Part shown: piece after piece, positions 31,343-37,410 of the stretch
How the letters are laid out: each line of letters starts with the position of its first letter
How positions within the stretch are numbered: position 1 is the stretch's first letter
From: Minisyncoccota bacterium
GTDB taxonomy: Bacteria; Patescibacteriota; Minisyncoccia; Phycocordibacterales; UBA1550
NCBI GenBank assembly: GCA_023229865.1
Contig: JALNYL010000005.1
Span: 4,422 to 68,421 of the forward strand
Direction of reading: 5' to 3'
DNA length: 64,000 nt
Made by a program: the position numbers and the translations under genes
The notes under the pieces: generated by a model
The model's input: only the letters and a program-made list of their open reading frames with translations
What the model was told of the DNA's origin: nothing
Database searches by the model: none

Positions 31343-33310
31343 ATGAATATCCATAAATTTTTAGCGAATGCGGTGGTTTTGGCGGGGTTTGTGGCGATAC
31401 CATTCATTGCCTTCATTATTCTTGGACAAAGTACATTTTTCCCCTTTATCACAGGGAAGAACTTTGCCTTTCGTGTCATTGTTGAAATAATGCTTTCTGC
31501 GTGGGTTGTACTCGCGTTTATTGATCCCGCGTATCGTCCAAAGAAAAGCTATCTTCTTGGTGCTTTTGCGGCGCTCATTGGTATCATCACTCTCTCTGCG
31601 ATTTTTGGAGAAAATCCTGCAAAGAGTTTCTGGTCAAACTTTGAGCGTATGGAAGGCGTCGTGACATATTTCCATCTCTTTGCATACTTCATCGTCGCAT
31701 CCACCGTGCTTTCAGTGCGTGATTTATGGAAGCCATATCTCAATCTTCATCTAGGTGCTGGAGTTATTATGGCCATCTATGGTGTGCTCCAGTGGGCGGG
31801 ACAGGTCAAGGTTGTGCAAGATGGGATCCGTATCAACGGCACTCTCGGCAACGCAGAGTATCTAAGTACCTACGCGCTCTTCAATATTTTCCTTGCGCTC
31901 TATATGCTCGTGCGTGAAAATTTCGAAACGACATCGGGTAATGTGCGCGCTGCGATATATGCTGTCATCGTCGTTCTCCAGACATTTGTCCTCTATCACT
32001 CGGGGACACGTGGGGCTATGCTTGGACTTCTTGCGGGGGTAGGACTCACGACGCTCCTCATTGCTATTTTTGAGAAAGAACGCAAGACGATTCGCAATGT
32101 TGCCATTGGGGCCCTTGTCGCCCTCGGTCTCCTTGTTGGTGGTTTTATCGCTGCCCGTGATACGGCAATCGTGCAGGGGAGTCCTGTCCTCTCTCGTCTC
32201 GCTGCTATTTCTCCATCAGAGGGCACCGGTAAGGCGCGTCTTATGGTGTGGGGGATGGCGTACGAAGGATTTAAAGAGAAGCCTATCCTTGGTTGGGGTA
32301 TGGATAACTTTGGTTATGTTTTCAATAAGTACTATGATCCAAATATGTGGGGACAAGAGCAGTGGTTCGACCGCGCTCACAACGTCTTCTTTGATTGGTT
32401 GATCGCGGGTGGAATCCTCGGACTCCTTGCATACCTCTCACTTTTTGGAGGAGCTCTCTTTTATATTTGGCGACGACAGAGTGGGCTCTCTGTCGTCGAA
32501 AAAAGTGTACTGACAGGGCTTCTGGGGGGATACTTCTTTCAAAATCTTTTTGTATTCGATAATATCACAAGCCTCGTCTTGCTCGGAACAATCCTTGCGT
32601 ACGTCGAGAGTTTTGGAAAAACAGAAACGCTCCCTGTTGTGGAAAATAAAAAAATAAATAAGTCTGAGGACGCAGAAGATTTGACCTTCATGATTTCAGG
32701 TGGAGCTTTTATTCTCGCTATTGTTCTTATTTATATAGTGAACTACAAAGGCTTTATGCAGAACACGACACTCCTTCGTGCATTATCGGAAAGAACATCA
32801 GAGGGGATTGCCCATAACCTTAATCTTTTTAAAGAGGTGCTCGCGTATAACTCTTTCGGGACAGCTGAAGCGCGCGAGCAATTGGGGTCTATTGCGATGA
32901 ATGGTCTTGATCGCTCGAAGGAGATTACTGAGGTTCAGAAACAATTTATCATCCTTGCCAGTGATGAGCTTGAAAAGCAGGTTGCAGAAGTACCAGGAGA
33001 AGCGCGTCATCAGGTTTTTGCCGGGTCGTTCATTGCGCGCACGGGGGATATCGATAAAGCAATTGGATACCTAGAAAAGGCAGCAGAACTTTCTCCAACA
33101 AAACAGGCAATCCTCTTTGAGCTTGGTAATGTGTATTACAACAAGAAGGAGCCCATAAAGGCTGAGGAAACATTTAAGCGCGCGTATGAGCTCGCGCCAG
33201 AGTTTGCGACAGCAGAGAAGTACTATTTGCAGGTCCTCCTCTTAAACGGCAAACGCGCAGAAGCAGAGAAGCTCTTTAAGGAGCGTCCAATTCAGGGGGT
33301 CTCGTTATAA
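31343..33310 (+). CDS. O-antigen ligase / O-oligosaccharyltransferase family membrane protein with C-terminal TPRs
   Basis: Many TM helices; GTLGN, SGTRGA, P.LGWG..NF, AHN motifs; TPR-like tail. Confidence 0.85.
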   Translation: MNIHKFLANAVVLAGFVAIPFIAFIILGQSTFFPFITGKNFAFRVIVEIMLSAWVVLAFIDPAYRPKKSYLLGAFAALIGIITLSAIFGENPAKSFWSNFERMEGVVTYFHLFAYFIVASTVLSVRDLWKPYLNLHLGAGVIMAIYGVLQWAGQVKVVQDGIRINGTLGNAEYLSTYALFNIFLALYMLVRENFETTSGNVRAAIYAVIVVLQTFVLYHSGTRGAMLGLLAGVGLTTLLIAIFEKERKTIRNVAIGALVALGLLVGGFIAARDTAIVQGSPVLSRLAAISPSEGTGKARLMVWGMAYEGFKEKPILGWGMDNFGYVFNKYYDPNMWGQEQWFDRAHNVFFDWLIAGGILGLLAYLSLFGGALFYIWRRQSGLSVVEKSVLTGLLGGYFFQNLFVFDNITSLVLLGTILAYVESFGKTETLPVVENKKINKSEDAEDLTFMISGGAFILAIVLIYIVNYKGFMQNTTLLRALSERTSEGIAHNLNLFKEVLAYNSFGTAEAREQLGSIAMNGLDRSKEITEVQKQFIILASDELEKQVAEVPGEARHQVFAGSFIARTGDIDKAIGYLEKAAELSPTKQAILFELGNVYYNKKEPIKAEETFKRAYELAPEFATAEKYYLQVLLLNGKRAEAEKLFKERPIQGVSL

Positions 33311-33313
33311 AGC

Positions 33314-33341
33314 TTGACTTTTTCACCAAATCTGCTATAGT
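33314..33341 (+). promoter_or_regulatory. Sigma70-type promoter with extended -10
   Basis: TTGACT (33314-19), 16 nt spacer, TGc-TATAGT (33336-41); no ORF follows. Confidence 0.65.
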
Positions 33342-33346
33342 GGCCT

Positions 33347-33427
33347 TATGTGAGTGCGCGGGAGGAAACTCTTGTGCGATTCATCCAACGAAAGTCTACA
33401 AAAACCCCCGCGAAAGCGGGGCTTTTT
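33347..33427 (+). ncRNA. Candidate small RNA 1 (~80 nt)
   Basis: Between a promoter and an intrinsic terminator (33400-33427); G-U-rich hairpin with a GAAA tetraloop (33352-33382). Confidence 0.55.
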
Positions 33428-33477
33428 GTTCTTGTTATTTCTCTGGCGTGCTCGTTAAAAATCTGTATACTATATTA

Positions 33478-33570
33478 GTAAGTTTCGTGTATTCCTCTGG
33501 CTAGCGACTGCACTCACATATTAGACATTTGTTGGAGCTCGCACTCGCTGGCCAAAAGAGTACAGGAAAA
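33478..33570 (+). ncRNA. Candidate small RNA 2 (long interrupted hairpin)
   Basis: TATACT at 33466-71; stems 33488-94/33558-64 and 33498-507/33545-54 with G-U pairs; loop complementary to RNA 1. Confidence 0.45.
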
Positions 33571-33572
33571 AC

Positions 33573-33653
33573 AGTCTTAAAGTTAAAAGTCTTAAAGTCG
33601 AAAGCCGGAATACAGAAAAGAGCGGGATTGCCTTCGGCAATCCCGCTCTTTTC
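33573..33653. repeat. AAAGTNN repeat tract plus 18-bp-arm hairpin (copy 1 of a composite element)
   Basis: AGTCTTAAAGTTAAAAGTCTTAAAGTCGAAAG then GAAAAGAGCGGGATTGCC-TTC-GGCAATCCCGCTCTTTTC. Confidence 0.75.
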
Positions 33654-33707
33654 CCGGTAATTATAAATGCAACAAAGAAACGAAAAAAGTAATGTATAAT
33701 GTAAATT

Positions 33708-33944
33708 ATGACAGTATTACCTTATGTATTTATTGTGATAGGTTTTAGTTTAGTTATGTGGCATAAACCAATTGCGCAATGGTTGTATAATCAACATAGG
33801 TCATTGTTCAAAACGATATTTTCATGGTTGATCAATGTGGACGCACCGTGGTTTCGCAAGGCGTATGACCTTGCAATGTTAGGCATGGGCATCATGTTTT
33901 TTATTGTTGCGTACTTCACCTACTTCGGTCCTATTACTCGGTAG
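33708..33944 (+). CDS. Small membrane protein
   Basis: Two hydrophobic segments; TATAAT 7 nt before ATG. Confidence 0.7.
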   Translation: MTVLPYVFIVIGFSLVMWHKPIAQWLYNQHRSLFKTIFSWLINVDAPWFRKAYDLAMLGMGIMFFIVAYFTYFGPITR

Positions 33945-34019
33945 TAATAACATGAAAAAATATTACACAGATTGGAAAACTATAACAATAACTTTTGGAG
34001 TTGCACTTGAGAAAATGGA

Positions 34020-34871
34020 AAATGGTGACAGCCACTATTGTTTCGTAAATAGAGTGGTATAATTTTCTCATGTCACGTAATGCTCGTGTCGATGTTGGTG
34101 GAGAAATATATCACGTAATCAATCGTGCGAATGGGCGATTTAAAATATTTGATGAAGACAAGGATTATAAACTATTTGAGCAACTTCTTCTTGAAACAAA
34201 AGAACTGAACGGGATGCGTATCCTTGCGTATGTAATCATGCCGAACCATTGGCATCTTGTATTGTATCCCAAAAACGACGGAGATCTTGGTGTGTTTATG
34301 CAACGACTAACCAATGCGCACACAAGAAAGGTTCATGCAAAGACTGGAACAAATGGTAACGGACACCTTTATCAAGGACGCTACAAATCATTTCTCGTTG
34401 ACTCAGAAAATTACCTTCTTTCTGTCATTAAATATGTTGAACGTAATCCGGTGCGAGCAAAGCTTGTCATCAGCTGCGAAGATTGGGAATGGGGGAGCGC
34501 CTATTTTCGCTTAGCTAGAAAGAGAAAAAATGTTGAACTAATTGATCTGCCCCCTATCAACTTACCGATTGATTACAAACAATGGATTAACGCGCCAGAA
34601 AAGCAAGACGAGGTGGATACTATTCGCATTTCAGTAAACAAAAGTGTACCATATGGTGGAGAGGGTTGGGTGGAGAAGATGGTTGTAAAACATAAACTTG
34701 AATCCACTCTGAAATCTCCTGGCCGACCCAAGAAACGAATATGAGTACAACAATATTAGACCACACAAAACGCAAAACAATGGTGGCTGTCACCATTTCC
34801 ACAAGAAACGAATATGAGTACAACAATATTAGACCACACAAAACGCAAAACAATGGTGGCTGTCACCATTT
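34020..34871. mobile_element. RAYT locus bounded by REP-like inverted repeats
   Basis: 24-nt motif at 34020-34043 is the 23/24 reverse complement of copies at 34775-34798 and 34848-34871. Confidence 0.75.
34070..34744 (+). CDS. REP-associated tyrosine transposase (Y1 HUH, RAYT-like)
   Basis: YHVINR.N, MPNHWHLV (HUH), GHLYQGRYKS, YVERNPVRA, WEWGS. Confidence 0.9.
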   Translation: MSRNARVDVGGEIYHVINRANGRFKIFDEDKDYKLFEQLLLETKELNGMRILAYVIMPNHWHLVLYPKNDGDLGVFMQRLTNAHTRKVHAKTGTNGNGHLYQGRYKSFLVDSENYLLSVIKYVERNPVRAKLVISCEDWEWGSAYFRLARKRKNVELIDLPPINLPIDYKQWINAPEKQDEVDTIRISVNKSVPYGGEGWVEKMVVKHKLESTLKSPGRPKKRI

Positions 34872-34875
34872 CCAC
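34729..34875 (+). repeat. Exact tandem duplication, period 73 bp, 2 copies
   Basis: CAAGAAACGAATATGAGTAC...GTCACCATTTCCA starts at 34729 and again at 34802. Confidence 0.95.
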
Positions 34876-35202
34876 GAAATTAAACTTCGGGTTCAGGGGC
34901 TTCGATATAACGGAGTAATTGCAACTACGACACCAGAAACTACTATGAAGTATGAGTGGTCAGTAGACAAGACAGGTAATATTAAGGAACTTGAACAAAA
35001 GGTTACAGTAGGGGAAACAGAGGTCGAGGCGCATTACAATGCGAAAAAGAATGTGACTGAAATTAAAAAGAAGTTGGAAGGCAAGAAATATGGGAACCAT
35101 AGAGATGGTGACGGTAACAAAATTGAAAAGAAAGAAATTTTGCCTGGAATGGTAATTCTTGATCTTGTTACTAAAAATAGGGAAATGGTAGTAAGTTATT
35201 AA
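34876..35202 (+). pseudogene. Probable 3' remnant of a larger gene; the track ORF 34741-35202 gets its N-terminus from the tandem repeat
   Basis: Protein-like Lys/Glu-rich beta sequence starts only after the repeat; stop 9 nt before the next gene. Confidence 0.5.
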
Positions 35203-35211
35203 TCAAATTCT

Positions 35212-35664
35212 ATGACAAAGAATACATTGTTAATCATCATACTCAGTGCCTTGTTGCTTGTTAGCGTTGTAATATGGCTAGATTCTCTGCATGGTTATTG
35301 CCCTGGTGTGTACATGGATAGTTCCGGGGTAGAATATTGTACTAAGCGAATTTCTGATTATTTCCCAGAACCGCTAGTGTTGAGTATTTTAGCCCTCTCC
35401 CTTTCTTTACTACCCTTCTCCCTCCTTACCTACTGGACCAAAGAAGAAGTCTTTCGCGCGTGGTGGAATCCAGCGATTCGCTTCTGGATTCCCGCAATTG
35501 TCATTGTGACAATTTTCACCGCTTGGATGGACAGTGGAAGTGGGGCAATGGGGGTTGTTGACTTCTCTCCTGGTCTCCCCATTCTTGTTCTCCTTTATTC
35601 TCTCTTCGTTATTACCTCACTTGTAAAAATCATCCGAACGTACTTGAGAACGAGAGGGAAGTAG
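35212..35664 (+). CDS. Membrane protein (about 4 TM)
   Basis: Hydrophobic segments and a Cys pair in a loop. Confidence 0.75.
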   Translation: MTKNTLLIIILSALLLVSVVIWLDSLHGYCPGVYMDSSGVEYCTKRISDYFPEPLVLSILALSLSLLPFSLLTYWTKEEVFRAWWNPAIRFWIPAIVIVTIFTAWMDSGSGAMGVVDFSPGLPILVLLYSLFVITSLVKIIRTYLRTRGK

Positions 35665-35686
35665 GTGATTGAATGAAAACTTAAAT

Positions 35687-35725
35687 AATACCCCCCGATT
35701 CGCCTATGGCGAATCGGGGGGTATT
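35687..35725. repeat. Perfect 18-bp-arm hairpin, core shared with 2590-2636
   Basis: AATACCCCCCGATTCGCC-TAT-GGCGAATCGGGGGGTATT. Confidence 0.85.
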
Positions 35726-35745
35726 TCGCTATGATGGGGGTATCT

Positions 35746-36750
35746 ATGGCAATTCAGATTTTAGAAAATGTGGCACTGGCGCCAATGACGACTATGCGCG
35801 TGGGTGGGGATGCGCGGTTTTTTGCGCGCGTGGGGGGTATTGAGGAGCTCTCGGAGGCTGTACTCTGGGCGCAGCGGAAAGGATTGCCGATCTTCATCCT
35901 TGGTGGCGGAGCAAATACACTCGTCTCTCAAGATGGTTTTGTGGGACTCGTTATAAAAATAGAAATGAAAGGAATCTCATACGATGGCAATCGTGTGACC
36001 GTGGAGGCTGGTGAGTGGTGGGATGATGTCGTGTGCGATATTGTTGCACACGATTTGTGGGGAGTAGAAAATTTGTCGCTCATACCGGGTACTGTCGGCG
36101 GTGCTGTTGTCCAAAATATCGGTGCGTATGGTGCAGAGATTTGCAACACGATTTTTTCTGTAGAAGCACTTGATATCGAAAAAATGCAAATAAAAACTTT
36201 TTTGCAAGCAAAATGCGAATTTGGTTATCGAGAAAGTATTTTTAAGAAAAACAAAAATCTTGTCGTTCTTCGTGTCACACTTGAGCTCAAGAATGATGGA
36301 GTCCCCAACACTGAATATGAAGATGTAAAAAAATATTTTGAAAATAAAAATATTGAGGCGCCTTCGCTCCAAGAAATTCGTGAAGCAATCGTCGCGATAC
36401 GCACTGCAAAGATGCCTGCGCCTCCACTCGGCACCGCGGGGTCATTTTTCAAAAATCCTGTTGTCGATATGACGACCTACGAGACGCTAAAAAAGGAGTT
36501 TCCTGAAATAAAGGCCTATATGCAAGGCGATAATACCGTTAAGCTTTCAGCTGCGTGGCTTATTGATCATGTGGGTGGATGGCGTGGTTATAGAAAGGGG
36601 GATGCAGGAGTGCACGAAAAGCAAGCACTCATACTTGTAAACTATGGTAACGCGAGCGCAGAAGAAATGTTGTCACTCGCTCATGAAATAAAAAATAACA
36701 TCAAAGAAAAAACAAATGTGACGCTCGAAGAAGAGGTGGTGATGCTCTAA
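35746..36750 (+). CDS. murB: UDP-N-acetylenolpyruvoylglucosamine reductase
   Basis: LGGGAN, IPGTVGG..VQNIGAYG, FGYRES, AGSFFKNP, LEEEV. Confidence 0.95.
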   Translation: MAIQILENVALAPMTTMRVGGDARFFARVGGIEELSEAVLWAQRKGLPIFILGGGANTLVSQDGFVGLVIKIEMKGISYDGNRVTVEAGEWWDDVVCDIVAHDLWGVENLSLIPGTVGGAVVQNIGAYGAEICNTIFSVEALDIEKMQIKTFLQAKCEFGYRESIFKKNKNLVVLRVTLELKNDGVPNTEYEDVKKYFENKNIEAPSLQEIREAIVAIRTAKMPAPPLGTAGSFFKNPVVDMTTYETLKKEFPEIKAYMQGDNTVKLSAAWLIDHVGGWRGYRKGDAGVHEKQALILVNYGNASAEEMLSLAHEIKNNIKEKTNVTLEEEVVML

Positions 36751-36812
36751 AAAATATTTTTTAAGAAATTATTTTTGTAACAGTAAAAATTATTATAAAG
36801 AGAAGAAAAAAG

Positions 36813-36821
36813 TTATCCACA
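36813..36821 (+). promoter_or_regulatory. DnaA box
   Basis: Perfect TTATCCACA in an AT-rich intergenic region, just upstream of TTGTGT-17-GATAAT (36840-36868). Confidence 0.55.
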
Positions 36822-37045
36822 GTTTAATTTCAAAATGCATTGTGTTTGATTTTTTTATGCGAGATAATAATAGTAGATCACAGTACAGAGTGATAAAGAA
36901 ATTTATTACGAAGATGATCCAGTGATTGTACGTGATGCGCATTAAAATAATTTTCGCGCGTTAGGTCGAACATCATTGTAGATATTAATTTTTGCATACA
37001 ATGTTTTAGGAGACAGAAATGTTTTTCAAAACAGCACATAAAAAA

Positions 37046-37159
37046 ATGGCAGCAAAGAAAAAGGCAGTTAAGAAGGTAGCAAAGAAGAAGGTAGCAAAGA
37101 AGGCTGTAAAGAAGGTGGCAAAGAAGGCCGCAAAGAAGAAGACTGCAAAGCGTGCATAA
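37046..37159 (+). CDS. 37-aa Lys/Ala-rich histone H1-like peptide (absent from the ORF track)
   Basis: MAAKKKAVKKVAKKKVAKKAVKKVAKKAAKKKTAKRA*; strong AAG/GCA codon bias; own terminator. Confidence 0.85.
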   Translation: MAAKKKAVKKVAKKKVAKKAVKKVAKKAAKKKTAKRA

Positions 37160-37172
37160 TACGCTTCGTCAC

Positions 37173-37203
37173 AAAAAGCCCCGCGAAAGCGGGGCTTTTT
37201 GTT
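37173..37203 (+). terminator. Intrinsic terminator, nearly identical to 33398-33430
   Basis: AAAAAGCCCCGC-GAAA-GCGGGGCTTTTT. Confidence 0.85.
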
Positions 37204-37205
37204 TT

Positions 37206-37326
37206 GGGCTTTTTGTTTTGACGCATTACTTTGTTGCCCGCGAAGATTTCTTCCGCACTGTATTCTTATACACCTTGGTCGAAATCCTCGCGGGCGCCTC
37301 GTACTGCATTCAAAACGAAAAATCCC
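37206..37326. repeat. Long interrupted palindrome (MITE/REP-like)
   Basis: Nested stems TTTTTGTTTTGA/TCAAAACGAAAAA, GCCCGCGA/TCGCGGGC, GATTTC/GAAATC, TGTAT/ATACA. Confidence 0.65.
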
Positions 37327-37345
37327 TGGAGGGGACTAAGGGCTT

Positions 37346-37375
37346 GGCCCCGTTTTGGGCGCCCAAAACGGGGCC
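37346..37375. repeat. Perfect 30-bp palindrome
   Basis: GGCCCCGTTTTGGGC|GCCCAAAACGGGGCC. Confidence 0.9.
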
Positions 37376-37410
37376 TTTAGTCGAGGCGTTTTTTATGCTA
37401 AAGTATCTAA

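Noticed and set aside
33347-33570. RNase P, SRP RNA, tmRNA or tRNA
   Set aside because: GGAGGAAAC only loosely resembles RNase P GAGGAAAGUCC; no SRP GGAA-loop motif, T-arm or CCA end seen
33518-34761. Shared 9-mer ATATTAGAC between the RNA 2 loop and the RAYT right-end repeat (possible guide-target link)
   Set aside because: Too short and AT-rich to separate from chance
34729-34875. Possible CRISPR array
   Set aside because: Two identical 73-bp units with no unique spacers and no cas genes; it is a tandem duplication
36751-37045. Replication origin
   Set aside because: Only one clear DnaA box, no dnaA/dnaN nearby, and gene orientation does not switch
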